The translations under genes were made by a program, and so were the position numbers. This document shows, in pieces, positions 31,101 to 50,200 of a stretch of 64,000 bases of DNA. How positions within the stretch are numbered: position 1 is the first letter of the stretch; every line of letters begins with the position of its first letter. The DNA is from the human T2T-CHM13v2.0 reference genome, Homo sapiens: assembly GCF_009914755.1 (NCBI RefSeq), contig NC_060938.1. The stretch is one strand, 5' to 3'. The notes beneath the pieces were generated by a model. That model did no database searches. It saw only the letters and a program-made list of their open reading frames with translations, and was not told the origin of the DNA.

Positions 31101-34100
31101 CTGCCTACAGGGGCATTGCGATGTATCTCTGCCCTGATCGCCTAGGTCATGTAACTGTTGTCTATGATCTGCCTACAGTGGCATTGTGACATATCTCTGC
31201 ACAGATCACCCAGGTGTTGTAAATCTTTTCTAGGATCTCCTACAGGGTGCTTTGTGACACATCGCTGCAATGATCACCCAGGTGATTTACCTCTTGTCAA
31301 GTCTCTGCCTACAGGGACATTGCGATGTATTTCTGCACTGATCACCTAGGTCATGTAACTCTTGTCTAGGCTCTGCCTACAGTGGCATTGTGACATATCT
31401 CTTCACTGATCACCCAGGAGATGTGACTCTTGTCTAAGCTCTGCCTAGAGGGACATTGGGACATATCTCTGCACTGATCGCTGAGGTGGTGTAAAAGTTG
31501 TTTAGGCTTTGCCTACAGTGGGATTTATGACATATCTCTGCACTGATCACCCAGGTGATGTAACTCTTATCTAGGCTCTGCTTACAGGGGGCATCGTGAG
31601 ATATCTCTGCACTGATCACGCAGGTACTGTAACTCTTGTCTAGGCTCTGCTACAGGGGCATTTTAATATATCACTGCACTGATCACTGAGATGATGCAAC
31701 TACTCTCTGAGATCTGCTTACAGGGCGCATTGTGACATATCTCTGCACTGATCACCCAGGTGATATAACTGTTGTATAAGCTCTGCCTATAGGGGAATTG
31801 TGAGAGATATCGCCACTGATCACTCAATTGATGTAACTATTGTCTTGGCTTTGCCTAAAGGGGGCTTTGTGACATACCTTTGTACTGATCACCCAGGTGA
31901 TGTAAGTCATCTAATTTCTGCCTACAGGAGCTTTGTGACATATCTCAGCACAGATCTCTTAGGTGATGTAACACTTTTTAAGCACTTCCTACAGGGAATT
32001 ATTACAAATCTCTGCACTGATCACCTAGGTGATGTAACTATTTTCTAGGATCTGCCTACAGGGTGCTTTGTGACATAACCCTGCACTGATCACCCAGGTG
32101 ATATACCTTTTGTCAAGGCTCTGCCTACAGGGACATTGCGATGTATCTCTGCATTGATCACCTAGGTCATGTAACTCTTGTCTAGGCTCTGCCTACAGTG
32201 GCATTGTGACATAACTCTGCACTGCTCGTCCAGGTGATGGGGCTTTTGTCTAGGCTCTTCCTAAGGGGGCATTGTGACATGTTTCTGCACTGATCACCCA
32301 GGTGACGGACTCTTGTCTTGGATCTGCCTATGGGGGCATTGTGATATAACTCTGCACTGTTCACCCAGGTGATGTAACGGATTTATAAGCTCTGCCTACA
32401 GGGGAATTGGGAGAGATCTCGCCACTGATAACCCAAATGATGTATCTATTGTCTAGCCTTTGCCTACAGGGGGCTTTGTGACATACCTTTGCACTGATCA
32501 CCCAGGTGATGTAACTCTTGTCTAGGCTCTGCCTATAGAGGGCTTGTGACATATCTCCCCAGTGATCACGCAGGTGATGTAACTCTTGTCTATATCTGCC
32601 TACTGTCGGCATTGTAGCATATTTCTGCAATGATCACCGAGGTGATGGACTCTTGTATTGGATCTGCCTATGGGGGTATAGTGACATATCTCAGCACTGA
32701 TCACTCATGTGATGTAACGTTTGTTTAAGCTGCTACTGAAGAGGAATTGTGACAGATAACTCCACTGATCACCCAGGTGAAGTAACAATTTTCTGGGATT
32801 TGTTTAGAGGGGGCTTTGTGACATATATTTGCACTGATCACACAGGAGACGTAACTCTTGTCTAGGCTCGGCCTACAGGTGCTTTGTGACATATTTCTGC
32901 ACTGATCACCCAGGTGATGTAACACTTGTTTAGGCTCTGCCTACAGGGACTTTGTGACGTATCTCTGCACTGATCACCCAGCTGATGTAACTCTTGTCTA
33001 GGCTCCACTTACAGGGGCTATTGTGACGTATATCTGCACTGATCACCCAGTTGATGTAACGTTTATCTAGGCTCTGCCAACAGGGGAGTTTTGACATAGC
33101 TCTGCACAGATCACCTAGGTTATGTAACTCTTGTCCACTCTCTGCCTACAGGGGGCATTGTGAAATATATCTGCACTGATCACCTAGGTGATGGGACTCT
33201 TCTTTATACTCTGCCTAGAGGGGGATTTGTGACATATCTCTGCAATGATCACCCGGGTGATGGGACTCTTCTGTATACTCTGCCTGGAGGGGGATTTGTG
33301 ACATATCTCTGCACTGATGACCCAGGTGATGGAAGACTTGTCTAGGCTCTGTCTATGGGGGCATTGTGTCAAATATCTGCACTGATCACCCAGGTGATGT
33401 AACTCTTGTCTAGGCTCTTTCTACAGGGATTTTTGTTACATATCACTGCACTGGTCACCTAGGTGATGTAAGCCTTGTATGGGCTTTGCGTACAGAAGGC
33501 TTTGTGATATATCTATGCACTGATCTCTGAGATGATGCAACTCTTGTCTAGGCACTGCCAACAGGGGACATTGGTACATATCTCTGCACTGATCACCCAG
33601 GTGATGGACTCTTGTCTTAGATCTGCCTACATGGATATTGTGACACACCTCTGAACTGATTAACCAAGTGATGAACCTCTTGTCTATGCTCTGCCTACAG
33701 GGGCTTTGTGATACATCTCTGCACTGATTACTCTGGGGAGGAAACTCTTGTCTACGCTCTGCCTACAGGAGTCTTTATGACTTATACCTGCACTGATAAC
33801 CTATGTGATGTAACACTTGTCTAGGTTCTGCCTACACGGGAATTCTCAAAAATGTCTGCACTGGTCACCCAGGTGATGTAACTCCTGTCTAGGTTCAGCC
33901 TACAGAAGCGTTTTGACATATCTCTGCACTGATCACCCAGGTGATGTAACACTTGTCTAAGCTCTGCCTACAGGGGCATTGTGACAGATCTCTCCACTGC
34001 TCACCCAGGTGATATAATATTTGTCTGGGTTTTGCCTACAGGGGGCTTTGGGATATACATTTCCACTGATCAAACAGGTGATGTAACCCTTGTCAAGGTT

Positions 34101-34518
34101 CTGCTTACAGGGGCTTTGAGACATATCTCTGCACTGATCACCCCTGAGAGGAAACACTTGTCTACACTCTGCCTACAGAAGGTTTTATGACTTATCCCTG
34201 CACTGATCACTATGTGATGTAACACTTGTCTAGGCTCTGTCAACACGGGAATTTTCACATATCTCTACACTGATCACCTAAGTGATGTAACCCTTGTCTA
34301 GGTTCAGCCTACTGGGGATTTCTGACATACTTATGCACTGGTCACTGAGGTGATGTAAATCATTTCCAGGCTTTTTGTACAGGGGACATTGTGACATATC
34401 TCTGCACTGATCACACAAATGATGCAAATCTTCTCTTGGCTCTGCAGGGATGGGGTATTGTGACATATTTCTGAACAGATCATCCAGGAGATGTAACTAT
34501 TCTCCAGGCTTTGACTAA
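25139..34518 (+). repeat. Beta-satellite array (~9.4 kb)
   Basis: Continuous 68-bp monomers. Confidence 0.97.
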
Positions 34519-35958
34519 AGAGTGTCGGAAGGTGTTGGGAGAGCCTCAGCTGGAAATTCACAGAGGGACAAGGGCACAGAGAGGCCAGCGGGCTCCCTTG
34601 CACGTCAGCCGGGGTGCGCAATGAGCGCAGGTCTAGCCAGGAGGATGGCAAGGAGAGCTAGAGGTCTGCGTTCCGCTGGCAGGCGCTCCATGGTGGCAAC
34701 TGGGAGGCTGCCGGGGCATGGGCGGGTTGGCGACGGTGGCGCGGAGGCGCAGAAGAGGCGACCCACCAGAGGGCTGTCAGGCCTGGATGCTGCGCGGGCC
34801 CGGAGTTTCACAGGACAGGGGTCTCCTCCCAGCCAAAGGGAGGACACATTTTCCGGAGGTGGGGTTTGGGGTGGGGGTGTGGTCAAGCGGGGGTGGGGTG
34901 GTGGAAAGACATGAGAGCTCTGCACGAGCTGCTCCCACAGCCCAGGTGGCTGCCCGCAAACCCGCACCTGTGCAGTAGGCGGCCCACATGCTGGTACCTG
35001 GTCAGGCTCTGGAATCCCCAGGATGCCCAGGAAAGAATGGCAGTTCTCTGCTGTGTGGAGCCTCTCACCGGGCCTAGACATAGAAGGCAGGAATCCTAGG
35101 TCAGTCAGCCCGGTGGAGGGGGCGGGGAGAGGGCACGCCCCTCCATAGCCATCCAGGTGTTCCCGGCGAAATAGAGGCCACCGCCCTGCCCCGACCCGAT
35201 ACCTTCCCAACCCTGCGTCCTAAATCTCTTCCATCAGAGCCCGGTATTCTTCCTCGCTGAGGGGTGCTTCCAGCGAGGCGGCCTCTTACAAGGCCTCCAG
35301 CTCCCCCGCGGCCTCCATTTCTAGGAAAGGTTGTGCCTGCTGAAGAAACTCCGGGCTCGCCAGGAGCTCATCCAGCAGCAGGATGGAGTGGAGTGCAGAC
35401 GAGCACCCCGGCTCCAGGAGCGCCTGGGAGGGTGCCGAGATGCCTTGCATCTGCCCCTGCCGTGTGGAGGCCTCTGGGGGCGTGGGCTGGTGAGGTGGAG
35501 TTGCCCCTGCTTGAGGTTCCACGCCACACCGGCGACCTGGGTACCCCTGCTCCACCCCCACCACGGACTTCCCTGGGACGCGGGTGGCGCAAGCACACCT
35601 TGGCCCTGTGGCCCCGCTTGAGAGGGCCCAGGCTGCCCCACCGCGCAAGTGCCTGGAAGGCCGTCGCGCTGCGCGTCCCAGTCCTTCCGGATTTTGTCCT
35701 TGTGTGGATGCCACCAAGGAGTGTGAGTGTGGGAGAGCGCCCCTTCTGGAGGAGCCTGGGCGGTGTAGGCAAAATCCCCATGTGCTGGGGCAGGTTGGGA
35801 GATCCCCTCTGCCTGCGCGGCCTGGCTGGGCAGGAGCACAGGGACGGCCCTCAATCCATGGCTCACGAAAGCCCACTGTGGGAGAGCATGTGTGGTGCAG
35901 GAAGCCCCTTTCCCCATGCGCCAGTGTGGGCAAAGGCGACCCACGAGAGAGCAGGGTG

Positions 35959-36597
<639 letters not shown>

Positions 36598-36607
36598 TCA
36601 GCGGCTC

Positions 36608-36682
36608 TTATAAAGGCCCACATGTAGGCAGGCTCCACCCCTTCATGAATGGCGGTGAGCCCTGGGACAGCCCGTCCCACCC
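36608..36682 (-). promoter_or_regulatory. DUX promoter: TATAA (36608-36612), DBE-like 27-mer (36626-36652), GC box altered to GGACGG
   Basis: Motifs read directly upstream of the 197-aa ORF. Confidence 0.7.
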
Positions 36683-37265
36683 TGGAAGGTTCTAAGAGCG
36701 TCGAGGCCTGCGGCCAGGGGTTGGTGGTGTTGGGGGGAGGGCGTGGTGATGGTGGTGGTGGGGCCGAAGAGACGAAGAGGAAGGGGGCGAGGGGGAAGGG
36801 GTGAGGGGGGCGCGTTTCACAGCTGGCTCTCCAGACGTCTCCAGGAATCCCGCGGAAACTGGAAGCCGCTCTCTGAGCTCCCACGCATCTTCAGCAGGGA
36901 GAAACCGGCCTGGGAGGGTGGAGGAGAGTGTGGAACTGAACCTCCGTGGGAGTCTTGAGTGTTCCAGGCCCTCTCTCCGTGAAGGAGGCCGTGCCTGTTG
37001 GTGTCTCCGTTGCCAGGACAGTCTCACACACGCAGGCGTGTGGCTCTCGTTCATTTCCACGTAGGAAACCAGAGCGAGATCCCAGAGAGAAGATGCCTCC
37101 CCGGCGTGATGACCTGATGATGGATTCCCGTGTGCGGCAACATGGGTAGTCTGCAGTGTGGCCAGTTTGGAAACTGGCAAGGAGAGCGAAGGCACCATGC
37201 CGGTCTTCCCCCCTGCCCTGCATGTTTCCGGGTACCCGTAGAGCTCCGGGAGCAAAGAGTCAGCA

Positions 37266-40200
37266 TGACACATCTCTGAACTGATCAACAAAGTGATGTA
37301 ACACTTGTCTAGGCTCTGCCTACATCGGCTTTGTGACATATCTCTGCACTGATCACCCAGGTAATGGGACTCTTGTCTAGGCTGTGTGTATGGGGGCTTT
37401 GTGACATATCTCTGCACTGATCACCCAGGTAATGGGGCTCTTGTCTAGGCTGTGTGTATGGGGGCTTTGTGACATATCTCTGCACTGATCACCCAGGTGA
37501 TGTAACGCTTGACTAGGCTCTGCCTACGGGGCATAGTGACATATCACTGCATTGATCACTGAGGTGATGTAACTCTTGTCCAGGCTCTGCCTATAGGGGG
37601 CCTTGTGACATATCTCTGGACTGATCATCTAGGTGATGTAACTGTTGCTTATGCTCTGCCTGCAGGGACATTGTGAAATATCTCTGCACTGATCCCCTAG
37701 GTGATGGGACACCTCTCTAGGCTCTGCCTACTGGGGGCATTGTCACATATTTTTGCACTGATCACCCAGGTGATGGACTCTTGTCTTGGATTTGCCTAGG
37801 GGGTCATTGTGACATATCACTGCACTGATCACCCAGGTGATGTAACCCTGGTTTAAGCTCTGCCTAAAGGGGCATTGTGACAGATCTCTGCACTGATCAC
37901 TCAGGTGATGTAACTATTGCCTAGGCTCTGCTTAAAGAGGCCTTGTCACTTATCTCTACACTGATCACCCAGGTGATGTAACTATTGTCTAGGATCTGCT
38001 TTCAGGGGGTATTGTGACATATCTCTGCATGGATCACCTAAGTGTTGTAACACTTGTGTAGGCTCTGCCTACAGGGGCATTTTGACATATCTCTGCACTG
38101 TTAAAAGAGGTGATGTAACTCTTGTCTAGGCTGTGCACATAGGGGGATTGAGATATATCTCTGCACTGTTCCCGAGGTGATCCAACTCTTGCCTGGTCTC
38201 TGCCTACTGGGAAAATTGTGACATATATCTGCACTGATCTCCCAGGTGCTGTAAATTTAGTCCAGGCTCTGGCTACATGGCATGGTGACATATCACTGCA
38301 CTGATCACCCTGCTGATATAACTCTTCTCTAGGATCTGCCTACAGGGTACTTTGTGACATATCCCTGCAATGGTCACCCAGGTGATATACCACTTGTCAA
38401 GGCTCTGCCTACAGGGACATTGCGATGTATCTCTGCACTGACAACCTAGGTCATATAACTCTTGTCTAGGATCTGCCTACAGTGGCATTGTGACATATCT
38501 CTGCACTGATCATCCAAGTGATGTAACATTTGTCTAGGATCTGCCTAAAGGGACTTTGTGACATAACTCTCCACTGATTATCCAGGTGATTGGGCTTTTG
38601 TCAAGGCTCTGTCTAAGGGGGCCTTGTGACATATTTCTGCACTGATCACACACGTGACGGACTCTTGTCTTGGATCTGCCTGTGGGGGCATTGTGACAAA
38701 TCTCTGCACTGATCACCCAGGTGTTGTAACTGTTGTATAACCTCTGCCTACAGGGGAATTGTGAGAGATCTCGCCACTTATCAACCAAGTGATGTAACGA
38801 TAGTCTAGGCTTTCCCTACAGGGTGCTTTGTGACATACCTTTGTACTGATCATCCAGCTGATGTAACTCATCTAAGTTCTGCCTCCAGGAGCTTTGTGAC
38901 ATATCTCTGCACTGATCACTTATGCGATGTAACAGTTTTATAAGCACTGCCTACAGGGAATTTTGACAAATCTCTGCACTGATCACCTAGGTGATGTAAC
39001 TCTTGTCTACCCACTGTGCAAAGGGGTCATTGTGAAATATCTCTGCACTGAACACCCACGTGATTCAACTCTTGTTTAGGATCTGCCTACAGGGGGTATT
39101 GTGAAATATATCTGCACTGATCAACTAGGTGATGTAACTCTTGTCTAGGCTCTGCCCTCAGGGTCATTTTCACATATCACTGAACTGATGACAAAGGTGA
39201 TGTAACACTTGCCTAGGCTTTGCCTACAGGGGCATTGTGACATACCTCTGCACTGATCACTCAGGTGATAGAACTCTTCTCTATGTTCTGCCTACAGGGG
39301 GCATTGTGACATATCTCTGCACTGATCACCCAGGTGATGTAACTCTTCTCTAGTCTCTGCCTACAGAAGGCGTTGTGACATCACTCTGCACGGATCACCC
39401 GTGTTATGTAACTCTTGTCTAGGCTCTGCCTACCGGGGCATTGTGACTTATCTCTGCACTGATCACCCAGGAGATGTGACTCTTTTCTAAGCTATGCCTA
39501 GAGGGACATTGGGACATATCTCTTCACTGATCGCTGACGTGATGTAAAACTTGTCTTGGATTTGCCTACAGTGGGATTTATGACATATCTCTGCACTGAT
39601 CACCCAGGTGATGTAACTCTTGTCTATGCTCTGCTTACAGGGCGTATTGTGAGATATCTCTGCACTGATCACCCAGTTTATGTAACTCTTCTCTAGGCTC
39701 TGCCTATAGGGGCATTTTCACATATCACTGCACTGATCAACGAGATTATGTAACTTTTGTATAGGCTTTGCTGACAGGGGGCATTGAGACATATCTCTGC
39801 ACTGATCACTGAGGTGATGCAACTCTTCTCTGGGATCTGCTTACAGGGGGCATTGTGACATATCTCTTCCTTGATCATCCAGGTGATGTAACTCTTGTCT
39901 AGGCTCAGCCTACTCGAGGAATTGTGAGATATCTCCGCACTGATCACCCAGGTGATGTCACTTTTTTCAAGGATATGGCTACAGGGACATTGTGACGTGT
40001 CACTGCACTGATCACACAGCTGATGTAACACTTGTCTAGGCTCTGGCTACAGAGGGCTTGTGACATATCTCTGCACTGATAACCCAGGTGATGTAACATT
40101 TATCCAGCCTCTGCCTACAGGGGCGTTTTGACATAGCTCTGCACAGATCACCTAGGTTATGTAACTCCTGTCCACTCTCTGCCTACAGGGGTCATTGCAA

Positions 40201-41486
40201 AATATCTCTGCTCTGATCACCCAGGTGATGGGACTCTTCTCTATACTCTGCCTAGAGGGGGATTTGCGACATGTATCTGCACTGATCACCCAGGTGATGG
40301 AAGTCTTGTCTAGGGTCTGTCTATGGGGACATTGTGTCAAATATCTGCACTGATCACCCAGGTGATGTAACTCTTGTCTAGGCTCTGTCTACCGGGATTT
40401 TTGTGACATATCACTGCACTGATCACCTAGGTGATGTAAGTCTTGTATTGTCTTTGCCTACAGAGTGCTTTGTGATATATCTATGCACTGATCTCTGAGG
40501 TGATGCAGCTCTTGTCTAGGCACTGCCTACAGGGGACATTGGCACATCTCTCTGCACTGATCACCCAGGTGATGGACTCTTGTCTTAGATCTGCCTACAT
40601 GGTCTTTGTGACACATCTGTGAACTGATCAACCCAGTGATGAAACTCTTGTCTAGGCTCTGCCTACAGGGGCTTTGTGACACATCTCTGCACTAATTGCC
40701 CTGGGGAGGGAACTCTTGTCTAGGCTCTGCCTACAGGAGGCTTTATGACTTTTACCTGCACTGATTACCTAGGTGATGTAACACTTGTGTAGACTCTGCC
40801 TACACTGGAATTCTCACATATCTCTGCACTGATCACCCGGGTGATGTAACTCCTTTCTAGGTTCAGCCTACAGGAGTGTTTTGATATATCTCTGCACTGA
40901 TCACCCAGGTGATGTAACACTTGTCTAAGCTCTGCCTACATGGGCATTGTGACAGATCTCTCCACTGCTCACCCAGGTGATGTAACAATTCTCTGGGATT
41001 TGCCTACAAGGGGCTTTGGGATATACATTTCCGCTGATCAAACAGGTGATGTAACCCTTGTCAAGGTTCTGCTTACAGGGGCTTTGAGACATATCTCTGC
41101 ACTGATCACCCCTGAGAGGAAACACTTGTCTACACTCTGCCTACAGAAGGCTTTACGACTTATCCCTGCACTGATCACTAGGTGATGTAACACTTGTCTA
41201 GGCTCTGTCTACACGGGAATTTTCACATATGTCTACACTGATCACCTAAGTGATGTAATCCTTGTCTAGGTTTAGCCTACTGGGGATTTCTGACATACCT
41301 ATGCACTGATCACCGAGGTGATGTAAATCATTTCCAGGCTTTTTGTACAGGGGACATTGTGATATATCTCTGCACTGATCACCCAAGTGATGCAAATCTT
41401 CTCTAGCCTCCGCAGGGAGGGGGCATTGTGACATATTTCTGAACTGACCATCCAGGAGATGTAACTATTCTCCCGGCTTTGACTAA
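37266..41486 (+). repeat. Beta-satellite array (~4.2 kb)
   Basis: Continuous 68-bp monomers. Confidence 0.97.
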
Positions 41487-44241
<2,755 letters not shown>

Positions 44242-47200
44242 TGACACATCTCTGAACTGATCAACAAAGTAATGTAACTCTTGTCTAGGCTCTGCCTACA
44301 GGGGCTTTGTGACATATCTCTGCAGTGATCACCCAGGTGATGGGACCTTTGTCTAGGCTCTGCCTATGGGGGCATTGTGACATATCTCTACACTGATCAC
44401 CCAGGTGATGCAACTCTTGTGTTGGATCTGCCTATGGGGGCATTGTGACATATTTCTGCACTGATCACCCAGGTGATGGGACATTTGTCTAGGCTCCGTG
44501 TATGGGGGCTTTGCGACATATCTGATCACTGATCACCCAGGTGATGTAACCCTTGACTAGGCCCTCCCTACGGGGCATAGTGACATATCACTGTATTGAT
44601 CACTGAGGTGATGTAACTCTTGTCCAGGCTCTCCCTATAGGGGGCCTAGTGACATATTTCTGCACTGATCATCTAGGTGATGTAACTCCCTCTGACACTC
44701 TACCTGCAGGGGCACTGTGAAATATCTCTGCACTGATCATCCAGGTGATGGGACTCTTCTCTAGGCTTTGCCTACTGTGGGCATTGTCACATATTTCTGC
44801 ACTGATCACCCAGGTGACGGACTCTTGTCTTGTATTTGCCTATGGGGACATTGTGACATATCTCTGCACTGATCACCCACGTGATGTAACTCTGGTCTAA
44901 GCTCTGCCTAAAGGGGCATTGTGAGAGATCTCTGCACTGATCACTCAGGTGATGTAACTATTGTCTAGGCTCTGCTTAAAGGGGCCTTGTCACATATCTG
45001 TTAACTGATCACCCAGGTGTTGTAACCCTTGCCTAGGCTCTGCCTACAGGAGCTTTGTGACATATCTCTGCACTGATCACTTAGGTGATGTGACACTTTT
45101 ATAAGCAGTGCCTACAGGGAATTTTGACAAATCTCTGCACTGATCACTTAGGTGATGTAATTCTTGTCTACCCTCTGCCCAAAGGGGGCATTGTGAAATG
45201 TCTCTGCTCTGATCACCCAGGTGATTCAACTCCTGTCTAGGATCTGCCTACAGGAGAATTGTGAAATATCTCTGTACTGATCAACTAGGTGATGTAACTC
45301 TTGTCAAGGCTCTGCCTACAAGGGCGTTTTCACATATCCCTGAACTGATAACAAAGGTGATGTAACGCCTACAGGGGACATTGTGATATATAGCTGCACT
45401 GATAACCCAGGTGATGCAACTCTTCTCTATGCTCTGCCTACAGGGGACATTGTGTCATATCTCTGTACTGATCACCCAGGTGATGCAACTCTTCTCTATG
45501 CTCTGCCTACAGGGGACATTGTGACATATCTCTGCACTGATCGCTGAGATGATTTAAAACGTGTCTAGGCTTTGCCTACAGTGGGATTTATGACATTTCT
45601 CTGCACTGGTCACCGATGTGATGTAACTCTTCTCTAGGCTCTGCTTAAAGGGGCTATTGTGAGATATCTCTGCACTGATCACCCAGGTGATGTAACTCTT
45701 GTCTAGGCTATGCCTACAGGTGCATTTTCACATATCACTGCACTGATCACCGAGATTATGTAACTCTTGTAAAGGCTTTGCCAACAAGGGGCATTGAGAC
45801 ATGTCTCTGCACTGATTACCGAGGTGATGCAACTCTGGTCTGGTATCTGCCTACAGGGGGCATTGTGACATATCTTTGCCCGGAACACCCAGATGATGTA
45901 ACTCTTGTCTAGGCTCTACCTACAGGAGGCATTGTGACATATCTCCGCACTGATCACCCAGGTGATGTCATTTTATCAAGGATATGGCTACAGCGATATT
46001 GTGACATCTCACTGCACTGATCACACAGGTGATGTAACATTATCTAGGCTCTGCCTACCGTGGCGTTTTGACATAGCTCTGCACAGATCACCTAGGTTAT
46101 GTAACTCTTGTCCACTCTCTGCCTACAGGGGGCATTGTGAAATATCTCTGCACGGATCACCCAGGTGATGGGACTCTTCTCTATACTCTGCCTAGAGGGG
46201 AATTTGTGACATATCTCTGCACTGATCAACCAGGTGATGGAAGTCTTGTCTAGGCTCTGTCTATGGGGACATTGTGTCAAATATCTGCACTGATCACCCA
46301 GGTAATGTAACTCTTTCCTAGACTCTGTCTACAGGGATTTTTGTGACATATCACTGCACTGATCACCTAGGTGATGTAAGCCTTGTATGAGCTTTGCCTA
46401 CAGAAGGCTTTGTGACATATCTATGCACTGATCTCTGAGGTGATGCAACTCTTGTCTAGGCACTGCCTACATTGGACATTGGTACATATCTCTGCACTGA
46501 TCACCCAGGTGATGGACTCTTGTCTTAGATCTGCCTACATGGACATAGTGACACATCTCTGAACTGATCAACCAAGTGATGAAACTATTGTCTAGGCTCT
46601 GCCTACAAGGGCTTTGTGACACATCTCTGCACTGATCACCCTGCTGATGTAAGTCTGGTCTAAGGTCTGCCTAAAGGGGCATTGTGACAGATCTCTGCAC
46701 TGATCACTCCGGTGATGTAACTATTGTCTAAGCTCTGCTTTAAGGGGCTTTGTCACATATCTCTGCACTGATAACCCAGGTGATGTAACACTTCTCTACG
46801 CTCTGCTTACAGGGAGTATTGTGTCTTATCTCTGCACTGATCACCTAAGTGATATAACTATTGTGTAGGCTCTGCCTACAGGGGCATTTTGACATATCTC
46901 TGCACTGTTAACCGAGGTAATGTAACTCTTGTCTAGGCTGTGCCCACAGGGGGATTGAGACATATCTCTGCCCTGATCCCGAGGTGATCCAACTCTTGCC
47001 TGGTCTCTGCCTACTGGGGACATTGTGACTTATCTCTGCAATGATCTCCCAGGTGCTGTAACTATAGCCTAGGCTCTGGCTACACGGCATTGTGACATAT
47101 CACTGCACTGATCACCCTGGTGATATAACACTTGTCTAGGCTCTGCCTACAAGGGGCTTGTGACATATCCCTGCAATGATCACCTACGTGATGTACCAAT

Positions 47201-50200
47201 TGTCAAGGCTCTGCCTACAGAGACATTGCGATGAATCTCTGCACTGATCACCTAGGTCATGGAACCCTTGTCTAGGTTCTGCATACAGTGGCATTGTGAC
47301 ATATCTCTACACTGATCACCCAGGTGATGTAACTCTTTCCTAGGATCTGCCTACAGGATACTTTGTGACATATCCCTGCAATTTTCACCCAGATGATGTA
47401 CCACTTTTCAAGGCTCTGGCTACAGGGACATTGCGATGTATCTCTGCACTGATCACCTAGGTCATGTAACTCTTGTCTAGTCTATGCCTACAATGGCATT
47501 GTGACATATCTCTGCACTAATCATCCAAGTGATGTAACACTTGTCTAGGATCTGCCTAAAGGGACTTTGTGACATAATTCTGCACTGATCATCCAGGTGA
47601 GTGGGCTTTTGTCTAGGCTCTGCCTAAGGGGTCATTATGACATATTTCTGCACTGACCACCAAGGTGATGAACTGTTGTCTTGGATCTGCCTATGGGGTC
47701 ATTGTGACATATCTCTGCACTAATAACCCAGGTGATGTAACTGTTGTATAAGCTCTGCCTACAGGGGAATTGTAAGAGATCTCGCCACTGATCACCCAAG
47801 TGATGTAACCATTTTCTAGGCTTTGCCTACAGGGGGCTTTGTGACATATCTTTGCACTGATCACCCAGGTGATGTAACTCATCTAAGTTCTGCCTACAGG
47901 AGCTTTGTGACATATCTCTGCACTGATCACTTAGGTGATGTAACACTTTTATAAGCACTGCCTACAGGGAATTTTGACAAATCTCTGCAGTGATCACCTA
48001 GGTGATGTAACTCTTTTCTAGAATCTGCCTACAGGGTGCTTTGTGACATATCCCTCCAATGATCATGCAGGTGATGTACCAGTTGTCAAAGCTCTGCCTA
48101 CTGGGACATTGCGATGTATCTCTGCACTGATCACCTAGGTCATGTAACTCTTGTCTAGACTCTGCCTTCAGTGGCACTGTGACATATCTCTGCACAGATC
48201 ACCAAGATGATTCAACTCTTGTCTAGGATCTGCCTACAGGGGGTATTGTGAAATATCACTGCACTGATCAACTAGGTGGTGTAACTCTTGTCTGGGCTCT
48301 GCCTACGGGGTCGTTTTTACACATCCCTGAACTGATGACAAAGGTGTTGTAACTCTTGCCTAGGATTTGCCTACAGGGGACATTATGACATATCTCTGCA
48401 CTGATCACCCAGGTGATGCAACTCTTTTCTATGCTCTGCCTACAGGGGATATTGTGACATATCTCTGCACTGATCACCCAGGTGATGCAACTCTTCTCTA
48501 TGCTCTGCCTACAGGGGGCATATTGACATATCTCTGCACTGATCACCCAGGTGATGTAACTCTTTTTTAGTCTCTGCCTACAGAGGGCGTTGTGACATCA
48601 CTCTGCATGGATCACAAGGGTTATGAAACTCTTGTCTATGCTCTGCCTACGGAGGCATTGTGACTTATCTCTGCACTGATCACCCAGGAGATGTGACTCT
48701 TGTCCAAGCTCTGCCTAGAGGGACATTGGGACATATCTCTGCACTGATCGCTGAGGTGATGTAAAACTTGTCTAGACTTTGCCTACTGTGGGATTTATGA
48801 CATATCTCTGCACTGATCACCCAGGTGATGTAACTATTTTTTAGGCTCTACTTACAGGGGGTATGGTGAGATATCTCTGCACTGATCACCCAGGTGATGT
48901 AACTGTTGCCTAGGCTCTGCCTACAGGGGCATTTTAACATATCACTGAATGGATCACCGAGATGATGTAACTCTTGTTTAGACTTCGCCGTCACGGGGCA
49001 TTGAGACATATCTCTGCACTGATCACCGAGGTGATGCAACTCTTTTCTGGGATGTGCTTACAGGGGGCATTGTGACATATCTCTGCCCTGATCCCCCAGG
49101 TGATGTAACTCTTGTCTAGGCTCTGCCTACTGGAGACATTGTGACATATCTCCGCACTGATCCCCCAGGTTATGTCGCTTTTGTCAAGGATATGGCTACA
49201 GGGGCATGGTGACATGTCACTGCACTGATCACACAGCTGATGTAACACTTGTCTAGGCTCTGGCTACAGGGGCCTTGTGACACATCTCTGCACTGATCAC
49301 CCAGGTGATGTAACCATTGTCTAGGCTCTCCCAAATGGGGCATTGTGACATAACTCTGAACTGATCACGCAGGTGATGGGACTCTTGTCTAGGCTCTGCC
49401 TACAGGGGCATTGTGACATATCTCTGCAGTGATCACGCAGGTGATGTAACTCTTGTCTATATCTGCCTACTGGCGGCATTGTGGCATATTTCTGCACTGA
49501 TCACCCAGGTGATGGGCTCTTGTCTTGGATCTGCCTATGGGGTCATAGTGACATATCTCTGCACTGATCACTCTTGTGATGTAACGCTTGCCTAAGCTGC
49601 GCCTAAAGGGGAATTGTGACAGATATCTCCACTGATCACCCAGGTGATGTAACAATTTTCTGGTATTTGTCTAGAGGGGGCTTTGTGACATATCTTTGCA
49701 CTGATCACCCAGGAGATGTATCTCTTGTTTAGACTCTGCCTACAGGTGCTTTGTGACATATTTCTGTACTGATCACCCAGGTGATGTAACTCTTCTCTAG
49801 GCTCCGCCTACAGGGGTTATTGTGACGTATCTCTGCACTGATCACCCAGGTGATGTAGTTCTTGTCTAGGCTCCACCTAAGGGGGTATTGTGACGTATCT
49901 CTGCACTTATCACCCAGGTGATGTAACATTTATCTAGGCTCTGCCTGCAGGGGCGTTTTGACATAGCTCTGCACTGATCACCTAGATTATGTAACTCTTG
50001 TCCACTCTCTGCCTACAGGGGGCATTGTGAAATATATCCTCATTGATCACCCAGGTGATGGGACTCTTCTCTATACTCTGCTTAGAGAGGCATATGTAAC
50101 ATATCTCTGCACTGATCACCCAGGTGATGTAACTCTTGTGTAGGCTCTGCTTACAGGGGAATTGTGAGATATCCCTGCACTGATCACCCAGCTGATATAA

